In this document: piece by piece, positions 56,140-64,000 of the stretch | How the letters are laid out: each line of letters opens with the position of its first letter | Numbering within the stretch: the first letter of the stretch is position 1 | DNA from: Polyangiaceae bacterium | Lineage (GTDB): Bacteria > Myxococcota_A > Polyangia > Polyangiales > Polyangiaceae | Assembly: GCA_035063585.1 (NCBI GenBank) | Contig: JAPSGB010000019.1 | Location: 21,398-85,397 of the forward strand | Length of the DNA: 64,000 bases | Direction: 5' to 3' | Program-made: the position numbers and the translations under genes | The notes under the pieces: model-generated | Databases searched by the model: none | What the model was told of the DNA's origin: nothing | What the model saw: only the letters and a program-made list of their open reading frames with translations

Positions 56140-57153
56140 TCAGCGCGAGGCGAAGCGATCGGTCGCCGCAACGAGCGCGTCCACGTTACCCGGCTCATAC
56201 GCGGAGTGGCCCGCGTCCGGCACGATGTGGAGCTCCGCCTCGGGCCACGCGCGGTGGAGCTCCCACGCGCTCTGCATGGGACAAACTACGTCATACCTGC
56301 CTTGGACGATGACGCCGGGGATGTGGCGGATTCGGTCGATCTCGTCGAGGAGTTGGGACTCTCGCGCGAGGAAGCCGCCGTTCACGAAGTAGTGGCTCTC
56401 GATGCGCGAGAACGCGAGGCTGAACTCGTCGTCCGCGTTTCGCTGGATGTACGCGGGATCCTGATAGAGGAAGCTGGTGCTCGCCTCCCAGACGCTCCAG
56501 GCCTTGGCGGCCCGGAGCCGCTCGGCAGGATCTTCGCTGGTGAGGCGCTTATGATAGGCCGTCACCAGATCGCCGCGCTCTTGCTCGGGGATCGGCTCGA
56601 GGAAGGCCTCCCAGGCGTCGGCGAAGAGGTGGCTCGTCCCTTCCTGATAAAACCACTCGATCTCCCACCGGCGGAGTAGGAAGATCCCGCGGAGCACCAG
56701 CTCCGTGACCCGCTCCGGGTGCTGCTCGGCGTAGGCGAGCGAGAGCGTGCTGCCCCACGAGCCGCCGAACACCTGCCAGCGCTCGATCCCGAGGTGCTCC
56801 CGGAGCTGCTCCATGTCGCCGATGAGGTGAGCCGTGGTGTTGTCGATCAGCGAGGCATGCGGCGTGCTCTTGCCGCAGCCGCGCTGGTCGAACAGGACGA
56901 TGCGATAGCGCGCCGGGTCGAAGAACCGCCGCTGCTTCGGGTCCGTGCCGCCGCCGGGGCCGCCGTGGACGAACACCACCGGCTTGCCGTCGGGGTTGCC
57001 CGACTGCTCGTAGTAGAGCGAGTGGGGCTCGCCGACCTCGAGCCGCCCGGTGTCATAGGGCTCGATGGGAGGATAGAAGCCGCGGCGCTCATGGGGCGGG
57101 CTGCTCACGGAGGGGGAACTGCTCACGAGGGGACTGCTCACGGGGGGCCGCAT
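56140..57153 (-). CDS. pip: Proline iminopeptidase (S33)
   Basis: HGGPG, DQRGCG, GGSWGS, QGRYDVVCP, AGHS. Confidence 0.95.
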   Translation of the reverse strand: MRPPVSSPLVSSSPSVSSPPHERRGFYPPIEPYDTGRLEVGEPHSLYYEQSGNPDGKPVVFVHGGPGGGTDPKQRRFFDPARYRIVLFDQRGCGKSTPHASLIDNTTAHLIGDMEQLREHLGIERWQVFGGSWGSTLSLAYAEQHPERVTELVLRGIFLLRRWEIEWFYQEGTSHLFADAWEAFLEPIPEQERGDLVTAYHKRLTSEDPAERLRAAKAWSVWEASTSFLYQDPAYIQRNADDEFSLAFSRIESHYFVNGGFLARESQLLDEIDRIRHIPGVIVQGRYDVVCPMQSAWELHRAWPEAELHIVPDAGHSAYEPGNVDALVAATDRFASR

Positions 57154-57210
57154 GGGACGCGAGCTTCGCGCAGCCAGGCGCGTGCGTCGAGCCCGAAGCC
57201 GTGATAGCTC

Positions 57211-58023
57211 GTGCCGGTGGCGACCGACGAGACCAACGGCCCCGCGCTCACACCCGAGCCGGGGGACATGACGCACGCGGTCCAGGCGGCGCGCCGCGGG
57301 TTCCGCCGCGACGTGCAGACCCTGGTGGACGCCCTCGACGCGGGGGAGCTCTTCGTGCCGCTCGCAGCCAGCATCCCGAACGCCGAGTACGGCGAGCGGG
57401 TCGCCTTCGGCGAGGAGCTGTCGCTCACGCCGCACCTCCTGGTCGATGCCGATGGCAAGCTCTACTGCGCGCTGTTCACGCGCCCGGAGATCATGGAGCC
57501 GCTCGGCGAGTCCCTCGGCTGGACGACCGACGGCGCCCCGCTCGAGTATTGCGCGGTGCCGGCCCGCGTCGCCCTCGACATGGTGCTCTCGGTCATCGAC
57601 GACGACAAGGTGCTCGGGCTGGTCGTCAACGCGGCGCACGACTCCGAGCTCTTCCTGCGGCGTGAGGAGCTCGGTAACATCGCCAAGAACCGCGCCATCC
57701 CGCTGGTCGGTTACGTGCAGGAAATCCCCGAGCAGTCGTTCGAGCAGTCGAAGACGCTGGTGGCGGCGGATGATCCTCCGCCGGCCGAGCTGGTCGCCGC
57801 GCTCGACGACTGCGTTCGGGCGATCCCGGAGCTCGCCGGCTACGCGCTGTCTCGCACCTTCAACCCGGAGCGCGACGTCGAGCCGCACCTCACGCTCTCG
57901 CTTCGCACCAAGAGCGCTTCGAGCGATCTCGGCAGCATTGCCAAGGCAGTGGTGGCGCGCATCGAGGGTCAGCTCCCTCCCCCCGGCTACATCGACGTCC
58001 TGTTCGAGGAGCCCGCGAACTAG
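57211..58023 (+). CDS. SseB-family protein
   Basis: ELFVP...CALFT...GLVVN...ELFL N-domain plus SseB_C-like tail. Confidence 0.7.
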   Translation: MPVATDETNGPALTPEPGDMTHAVQAARRGFRRDVQTLVDALDAGELFVPLAASIPNAEYGERVAFGEELSLTPHLLVDADGKLYCALFTRPEIMEPLGESLGWTTDGAPLEYCAVPARVALDMVLSVIDDDKVLGLVVNAAHDSELFLRREELGNIAKNRAIPLVGYVQEIPEQSFEQSKTLVAADDPPPAELVAALDDCVRAIPELAGYALSRTFNPERDVEPHLTLSLRTKSASSDLGSIAKAVVARIEGQLPPPGYIDVLFEEPAN

Positions 58024-58036
58024 CGCTCCGCGACCG

Positions 58037-58858
58037 ATGGATCACGCTCCCGATCTCCTCGCCGCCGCCGGAGACCGCCTATCGCGGGTAGAGCGCGCGC
58101 AGATCGCGTTCATCAAGCGGAGCTTCGAGCCGGGCGCGCTCGACCAAGCGATCCGCTTCTGCCAGCGGAGGGTGGGCGCGGTGTGGATCGATCACGCGAC
58201 GCGACGGCTTCGACGCGTCCACGGGCTCGAGCGGCTCCCACATTTTCCACCGGAGCAGAGCTTCATCTGCGTGTCGAACCACCGGAGCTTCTTCGATCTC
58301 TACGTGATCACCGCAGAATTGGTCCGGCGCGGCCTCCCGCAGCGGATCGCGTTTCCGGTGCGCTCGACCTTCTTCTACGATAGCCCGCTCGGCTTCGTCG
58401 TAAACGGCGCGATGAGCTTCTTCGCGATGTATCCGCCGATCTTCCGCGAGAAGAAGAAGCTCACCCTGAACCCGACCAGCCTCGAAGAGCTCGCCTGGCT
58501 GCTCCGGCGGGGCGGCACCTTCGCCGGCGTCCACCCGGAGGGGACCCGGAAGCAGGACGACGACCCGTACAGCTTCCTCCCGGCGCAGCGTGGTGTCGGT
58601 CGCCTCATTTTCGATGCGCGGGTGCCGGTGGTGCCGGTGTTCGTGAACGGGCTCGAGAACGACATCGTGCGCCAGGTGCGGGGCAACTACGACGGGACCG
58701 GGACCGTGATCCACATCGTGTTCGGCGCGCCCATCGACTTCGGCGGGCTGCTCGAACAGCGGCGCTCACCGAAGACGGACCGTGCCATCGCGGAGCGGAC
58801 GCTCGAGGTGATCGGACGGCTCGGCGCGGAAGAGCGAGAGCTTCGCGCGCGCGGGTGA
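58037..58858 (+). CDS. Lysophospholipid acyltransferase (PlsC family)
   Basis: NHRSFFD, HPEGTR, PVVPV. Confidence 0.92.
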   Translation: MDHAPDLLAAAGDRLSRVERAQIAFIKRSFEPGALDQAIRFCQRRVGAVWIDHATRRLRRVHGLERLPHFPPEQSFICVSNHRSFFDLYVITAELVRRGLPQRIAFPVRSTFFYDSPLGFVVNGAMSFFAMYPPIFREKKKLTLNPTSLEELAWLLRRGGTFAGVHPEGTRKQDDDPYSFLPAQRGVGRLIFDARVPVVPVFVNGLENDIVRQVRGNYDGTGTVIHIVFGAPIDFGGLLEQRRSPKTDRAIAERTLEVIGRLGAEERELRARG

Positions 58859-60937
58859 GTCACGCCGAGCTTCGCGAGCGGCGGGCGCGAGCGACTCCGG
58901 GGGCGGCGCGGCCGCGATCTCGGTGGGGTCGGACACTACCCGGCTCGCGAGGTCGAGCGAAGCGGCGTCGAGGAGCGAGAGGAGCGGCCGCGGCCAGAAC
59001 CCGAGGAACACGACCAGCGCGGCGAGCGAGCCGAGCGCGACGCGCTCGCCAGGGGCGAGCGGCGGCGGGTGCCCGCCGTGGGGCTCGAGCAGCGGGCTCT
59101 CGCGGAGCGCCGCCGGCAGCTCGCCGAAGAAGACGCGGTGGAACACCCGCGCGCTCGCCACGGCCATCGGCACCACCGCGAGTGACGCCACGATCGCGAG
59201 CCACGGGTGGCGCGCCGCCGCGCCGAGGAGCGCCATGAAGAGCGCGAGGAAGCTGCCCGTCCCGGGCGCGCCGAGCACCGTCGCCAGGCCGGCCGCGGCG
59301 ACCAGAGCCAGCATCGGGAGCTCGCGACCGAGCCCGCCGAGCTCGGCGAGACGCGTGCGCGCCAGGCGTCGATCGAGCGCGCCCGCGACGCCGAGCACGA
59401 GCGCGACGCCGAGCCCCGAGACCACCACGGCCATGAGCGCGGCCTCGACGCCGATACCCGTCAGCGACCCGAGCCCCACCAGCGCGACGCCGACCTGGAA
59501 CCGCACGGCGCTCGCCGCGAAGCGACGGAGCTCCGCCTGCACGAGCGCGGTGAGCGCGCCGTGCAGCATTCCGAGCGCGCCCACCACGACCAAGGTCGGC
59601 GCGGCCCAGCCAGCCGCGTGGCCCAAGGCGCCGAAGCAGAGGCGCGCGAGCCCGAGCACGCCGAGCGCCGGCAGCGCGCCGCCGAGCATCAGCGCGAGCG
59701 GCGCAGGGACCGCCTCGAGCGCGTCATCGAGCCAGCCGTGAAACGGAAAACCGGCGGCGATGATCGCGAACCCAACGAACAGCGCCGACCAGAGCACCGT
59801 CACCGCGCGCGCTCCGAAGAGCTGCGCGGTCGAGCCGGCGAAGTCGGCGTGATAGAGGTCGAAGAGCGACCACGCGCGCGGCGCGAGCGCTCCATCGGCC
59901 AAGTACGCCGCGCCGGCGTGCGCCGACAGGTAGGCGCCGGAGCATCCGAGCAGCGCGAGCGCGACGAGCGCGTAGGTCGCGAACCGAAAGGCGGGCGCGC
60001 GCGCGGCGCCTTGGGCGTAAATGAGCGCGAATACGCTCGCCAGCGTCACCGCGAGGCACGCGCCGAGGAGCGCCAGGTCGAGCGCGAGGAGCGCGCCGGT
60101 GAGCGCGGCGTCGAGGAGCAAGAGGAGCGCCCAGAAGCTCGCCAGGTGCGCGCCGCGGCCCCGGCTCGCGAGCGCCGCGGTAACGAGCAGGATAGCGAGC
60201 AGGAACACCAAGGAGAGCGCCGGCCCGTCGAGCCCGAGCGCGTACTCGATCCCGAGCGACGGCGAGAGCCGGGCGCGCTCGAGCATCTGCACGCCCTCGT
60301 TGCCGTCGTAGCGAGTAAACGAGGGGCTGAACGCGCGATACGCCACGCACGCGAGCGCGAGCTGCGCGACGCCCACGCCCACCCCGACCCAGCGCAGGCC
60401 CCGGAGCCGCCTCGCGCCGAAGAGCCAGAGCGCGAGCGCAACCAGCGCGCCGACCAGCGGCGTCACGATGAGCGAGCTCGGGAGGTGTCCGCCGAGCGGG
60501 GCCGCGCCCGCCACTTCCGCGTGGAAGCCCATGGCCGCCGGAGGGCCCTCGACGCCCTGGACACGCACGAGGACGTGACCCCAGAGCGTGCGCGCGGCGA
60601 TCGGCGTCGGCAAGACCCAGCGCACGTCGACGAGCTTCGACTCGCCCGGCGCGAGCGTGACGGTCGACGCGCCGTCGCTGAACTCCGCCTCTACGCCCGC
60701 CGGCAAGCGCGGCGCGTCGTCCGGCCCATCGCGGAGCTCGAGCGCCTCGACGACCAGCGAGGTCGCACCGCGGTTTTCCACGAGGAAGCGCCCAAGGAAC
60801 GCGCCGGGCTGCGGCACGAGCTCGAGCGGCGCGGCGCCCGCGAGCGGCCGCAGCACGAGGCCGGCGGGCGCGGCGCTCGCGCCTCTTGCGAGGAGCACGA
60901 CGAGCGCCGCCAGCAACAAGGAGACTACACGCGCCAT
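58766..60937 (-). CDS. nuoM: NuoM/ND4-like antiporter-family subunit, degenerate, with signal peptide and N-terminal Ig-like domain
   Basis: GIEYALGLDG, FPFHGWL, LGGLGRELP, GAPGTGSF, GFWPRPL; key Glu/Lys residues absent. Confidence 0.8.
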   Translation of the reverse strand: MARVVSLLLAALVVLLARGASAAPAGLVLRPLAGAAPLELVPQPGAFLGRFLVENRGATSLVVEALELRDGPDDAPRLPAGVEAEFSDGASTVTLAPGESKLVDVRWVLPTPIAARTLWGHVLVRVQGVEGPPAAMGFHAEVAGAAPLGGHLPSSLIVTPLVGALVALALWLFGARRLRGLRWVGVGVGVAQLALACVAYRAFSPSFTRYDGNEGVQMLERARLSPSLGIEYALGLDGPALSLVFLLAILLVTAALASRGRGAHLASFWALLLLLDAALTGALLALDLALLGACLAVTLASVFALIYAQGAARAPAFRFATYALVALALLGCSGAYLSAHAGAAYLADGALAPRAWSLFDLYHADFAGSTAQLFGARAVTVLWSALFVGFAIIAAGFPFHGWLDDALEAVPAPLALMLGGALPALGVLGLARLCFGALGHAAGWAAPTLVVVGALGMLHGALTALVQAELRRFAASAVRFQVGVALVGLGSLTGIGVEAALMAVVVSGLGVALVLGVAGALDRRLARTRLAELGGLGRELPMLALVAAAGLATVLGAPGTGSFLALFMALLGAAARHPWLAIVASLAVVPMAVASARVFHRVFFGELPAALRESPLLEPHGGHPPPLAPGERVALGSLAALVVFLGFWPRPLLSLLDAASLDLASRVVSDPTEIAAAPPPESLAPAAREARRDSPARAKLSLFRAEPSDHLERPLRDGTVRLR

Positions 60938-60938
60938 G

Positions 60939-63248
60939 TCAGCGCTCGCCACCTTCGCTCGAGCCGTCGCGCCGGCTCGCTCCGGTGGGAGGGTTCGGCT
61001 CGGCGCGGCCGGCGTCGATGACCGCCCGCGCGGCGAGCCAGCGCGCCGGCGCGCCGAGGAAGACGTCGATCCACTGGTCGAGCGCGACGAGCAGGGCGCC
61101 CGTGGCGCTCATCAGGCGGCCGAGCCCGGCGAAGCTCGCCATGGCGAGCCAGGGCTCCGTGACAGGCCGCTCCGGCCTGGCGAGGGCCCGGGCCGCGGCG
61201 TCCTCGCCCGCTCGGGCGCCGGGCGCGTAGCGGCGGCGCGCAGCGGACCACGCGAAGAGCGGCGCGCCAAACGAGAGCGCGAGCACCGCAACGCGAACTC
61301 CGTCGTCGAGCCCGCCGTCGAGCGGGGCGGCGCCGAACAACGTATCGATCGGCGCGGGGTGACTCGCTCCGCCGAGCGCGGCGTCAGTCATGCCGAGCAG
61401 CCCGAGCGCGCAAGCGAGCGCCGCCAGCGCGAGCGCGCGGGGCGGGGACCGCTCACCCGGGGCGAGCGTGCGCTTCATCGATGCTCCGCGGTTCGAGAGG
61501 TAGCAGAGCCGCCACATCGAGAACGATACGAGCGCGCTTCCCACGAGCGTGAGCGCGGCGACGAGCGCGCCCGGCACGAAGCCGCCGACCGCCTCGCCGC
61601 TCACCGCCGCGAGCGCGCCGTCGCGGACCCAGAACACGCCGACCAGCGGCCACGGCGCGCCAGCGAGCGCCAGCGTCGCGAGGCGCCGGGCGAGCGCGGC
61701 GCGCGGTTCGCTGCCGTCCACGCCCTCTTCGGTAAGGAGCCACGCGCCGAGAGCGAGCGAGTGCACCATGAGCCCGAGCGCGACGACCGCGACCGCGCCA
61801 GAGCTCACCGCCACGATGCATAGTCCGGCCTGCGCGGCAGCCACCCGCACGAGCACCCGCTTGGGCTCAGAGGATTGGAGCGAGCGAGCTCCGGCGATGA
61901 GGATGGTGAGCGCGCCCGCGAGCGCGAGGCTGCCCGCGAGGTCTGGAGTCAGCGGGAGATAGAAGGCGAGTCGCGCCAGCAAATACACGCCGCCGAGCGT
62001 TCCGAGCGCACCGGCGGCGAGCGCCGCGTCCGGGGAGGCCGCATCCGCCGCGCGCTCGAGCCAGGCGCCGAAGGGATACTGCGCGGCGCGCGTCAGCGCT
62101 CCGAGCGCGATGAGCGCGAGCGCGAGCGCGATGAGCGGCACGCCGCCGAGGCGGCGCGCGCCGAGTGCGCCCGCGAGCGGTGCGCCACCGGTCGCGTCCT
62201 TCACGCGGAGCTGATCGGCGAGCTCGCGATACGTGAGGCTCGGTCCCGCGACGGCGACTGCGACGTGTCCGCCGCGTGGCACCAGCAGTTTGTCCACGAG
62301 TAGCACTCCGGCGCCGGGGCCCGCGTCGACGCGGAGATCGAGCCGCCCCGCGGGCATCGGCAGGCGCCGGAACGGCGTGCGTGCCGGCTCGCGGCAAGGG
62401 CGAGCCGTGTAGCCGAGGCCGCCCAGCCGCCCGTCGGCGTCGATGGCGCACACCTCGGCCGACCCGGCGCGAACTCGCGCGCCCGGAAGCGCCGCGACGG
62501 TGAGCGTCCCGGTCGCCGCGGAGAGCGACGACTCGACGGGTACCGCGGGGGTGCTGGTCACCGCGAGCAGGCGAGGCTGATAGTCGGGCGTGTAGCCGCT
62601 CGACGACCAGCCGCCGCCCAGCCCCCAGAAGAGGAGCGCCGCCCCGGCGCTCACGGCCACGTCACCAAAGCGGCCGAGGCCGGCGAGCGAGCGCAGGGCG
62701 CGGGAGGGTCCCGTCGGCGAGCCCGCGAGCATGCTCCAGCCGGCGAGCGCGAGCAGGTGCCAGCCGATGAGGGTGAGCGCGAAATTGTCCGCGAGCACCA
62801 GCAACTGCGCGGCGCCGACCGCGAGTGAGACCGCCGGGAGGCTCGCCCCTTCGGCTGCTCTACGAGGCGTGCGGAGCGCCACCGCGACGCCCAGCAGCGC
62901 GACGGCGAGCGCGCAGGCCGCGGAGAGCGGATCGAGCGCGAACGCGAGCCCAAGGTCGAGCGAGCCCAGCCGAGCCATCGAAGCGAGCGGGCTCAGCAGG
63001 AACCGTCGAGGCGCCGGCAGGCTGAAGAGCTCGACCGCGCTCATGAGGAGGAACCCGAGCGAGCCGAACATCGCGCCAACCATCAGGCGTGAGTCGCGGA
63101 GGCGCTCCCGCCGGGGGTCGCCGGGTGGGAGCGCGCGGGCGAGCGCCGCGACGAGCGACGCGAGCAGCGGCAGCGCGACCACGAGCCATAGCGTCGAGTC
63201 GATCTCGAACTCTTGGAGCGAACCCGTGTATTCGGACACCTCCGCCAT
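60939..63248 (-). CDS. nuoL: NuoL/ND5-like antiporter-family subunit, degenerate, with inserted soluble domain
   Basis: FALDPLS, LADN...IGW, RFGD, AQYPFGAWL, GVYLLAR, KRVL, DQWID. Confidence 0.8.
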   Translation of the reverse strand: MAEVSEYTGSLQEFEIDSTLWLVVALPLLASLVAALARALPPGDPRRERLRDSRLMVGAMFGSLGFLLMSAVELFSLPAPRRFLLSPLASMARLGSLDLGLAFALDPLSAACALAVALLGVAVALRTPRRAAEGASLPAVSLAVGAAQLLVLADNFALTLIGWHLLALAGWSMLAGSPTGPSRALRSLAGLGRFGDVAVSAGAALLFWGLGGGWSSSGYTPDYQPRLLAVTSTPAVPVESSLSAATGTLTVAALPGARVRAGSAEVCAIDADGRLGGLGYTARPCREPARTPFRRLPMPAGRLDLRVDAGPGAGVLLVDKLLVPRGGHVAVAVAGPSLTYRELADQLRVKDATGGAPLAGALGARRLGGVPLIALALALIALGALTRAAQYPFGAWLERAADAASPDAALAAGALGTLGGVYLLARLAFYLPLTPDLAGSLALAGALTILIAGARSLQSSEPKRVLVRVAAAQAGLCIVAVSSGAVAVVALGLMVHSLALGAWLLTEEGVDGSEPRAALARRLATLALAGAPWPLVGVFWVRDGALAAVSGEAVGGFVPGALVAALTLVGSALVSFSMWRLCYLSNRGASMKRTLAPGERSPPRALALAALACALGLLGMTDAALGGASHPAPIDTLFGAAPLDGGLDDGVRVAVLALSFGAPLFAWSAARRRYAPGARAGEDAAARALARPERPVTEPWLAMASFAGLGRLMSATGALLVALDQWIDVFLGAPARWLAARAVIDAGRAEPNPPTGASRRDGSSEGGER

Positions 63249-63765
63249 CGCCTGCTCTCACCGCGCGGCGTCGACGCGGCCGCGCGCGGGGGCACGCTAG
63301 ACCAAGGCACGCGGAGTCGCTAGGAGTCGGCAGGATTTCCGGGCGACCAGCTCCGCCGGCCGCGCCGAGTCGACCCCTCACCCTCCTGAACCTCCGGCGG
63401 GCCCGCCGCCGACGACGCGCTCGCGTTCGCTCCTGGCAGCGCCGCGCGCGGGTGGCCTGCTCGTGGTGGAGCTCGGTTCTCGACGGTTCACCGCGCGCGC
63501 CGACGCCCGAGCGGCTTGCCACGAGGAATGAATCCGCGGCCGGTCTCGTATCTGTTTGCGTCGAGCAGTCCGGGCCGCGAGGAGCTCGCAGCGGTGAGGT
63601 TGGGCGCGAGACACGCGAGGGCGCGATTGGCAGCGCACGTGTGCCGGGCGTCCGGCCTGAAGCCTCGAGCAGCTTCAGATCGACGTGTGAATGGCTATCT
63701 GTAAACCTGCCCATCGGCGCTGAGGCCCGGTTACCGTCGAGAGCACATTCGTTGGGGATGAATCT

Positions 63766-64000
63766 ATGACACTACGAAGATCGATTCAGGGATTGGTGAT
63801 CTCGCTTCTCGTCGTTCCACTCGCGACGGCTGCATGCAGCGGCGATGACGGCGAAGCGAAGTCGTCGACGGGCGGCGCGGGCGGCAGCGCGGGCTCCGGC
63901 ACCGGCGGCAGCGCGGGCTCCGGCACCGGCGGCAGCGCGGGCTCCGGCACCGGCGGCAGCGCGGGCTCCGGCACCGGCGGCAGCGCGGGCTCCGGCACCG
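63766..64000 (+). CDS. Gly/Ser-rich lipoprotein (5' part only; runs off the window)
   Basis: Translated by hand: MTLRRSIQGLVISLLVVPLATAAC-SGDDG...(GGSAGSGT)n. Confidence 0.8.
   Translation, partial: MTLRRSIQGLVISLLVVPLATAACSGDDGEAKSSTGGAGGSAGSGTGGSAGSGTGGSAGSGTGGSAGSGTGGSAGSGT
63880..64000. repeat. 24-bp coding tandem repeat, at least 5 copies
   Basis: GGCGGCAGCGCGGGCTCCGGCACC x5 up to the window edge. Confidence 0.95.

Noticed and set aside
58766..63248. NuoL/M-like pair as a DabAB/MpsAB carbon pump or Mrp antiporter
   Set aside because: No DabA/MpsB-like soluble partner or small Mrp subunits adjacent, and the charged residues such systems need are missing.
63249..63765. Short ORFs in the roughly 500-bp divergent intergenic region
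   Set aside because: Arg-rich, motif-free translations and no convincing RNA structure seen by eye.

Overview
Very GC-rich chromosomal segment, most consistent with a Myxococcota (Polyangiaceae/Sorangiineae-like) genome: MYXO-CTERM tails, a TIGR02266-type PilZ protein, AgmX/PglI-like C-terminal domains, Gly/Cys-rich repeat lipoproteins and a Ser/Thr kinase-AAA fusion. About 48 genes, including dnaJ, proC, thyX, tsaE, mlaE, folB, sthA and pip, plus many lipoproteins. I saw no rRNA, tRNA, CRISPR array or mobile element. Most notable observations: (1) an sdhCAB operon whose SdhA has lost the covalent-FAD His and the dicarboxylate-site residues while SdhB and SdhC keep their cofactor ligands; (2) a stand-alone NuoL/NuoM-like pair lacking most proton-translocation residues but carrying extracytoplasmic domains; (3) an apparently circularly permuted alpha/beta-hydrolase lipoprotein next to a structured intergenic RNA candidate; (4) a lipoprotein with a MACPF/CDC-like signature; (5) a coupled class-III aminotransferase/kinase-like pair; (6) a decarboxylase/B12-radical SAM/O-methyltransferase trio; (7) a window-wide leaderless-promoter signature. 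All family assignments are from motif recognition by eye, not from searches.
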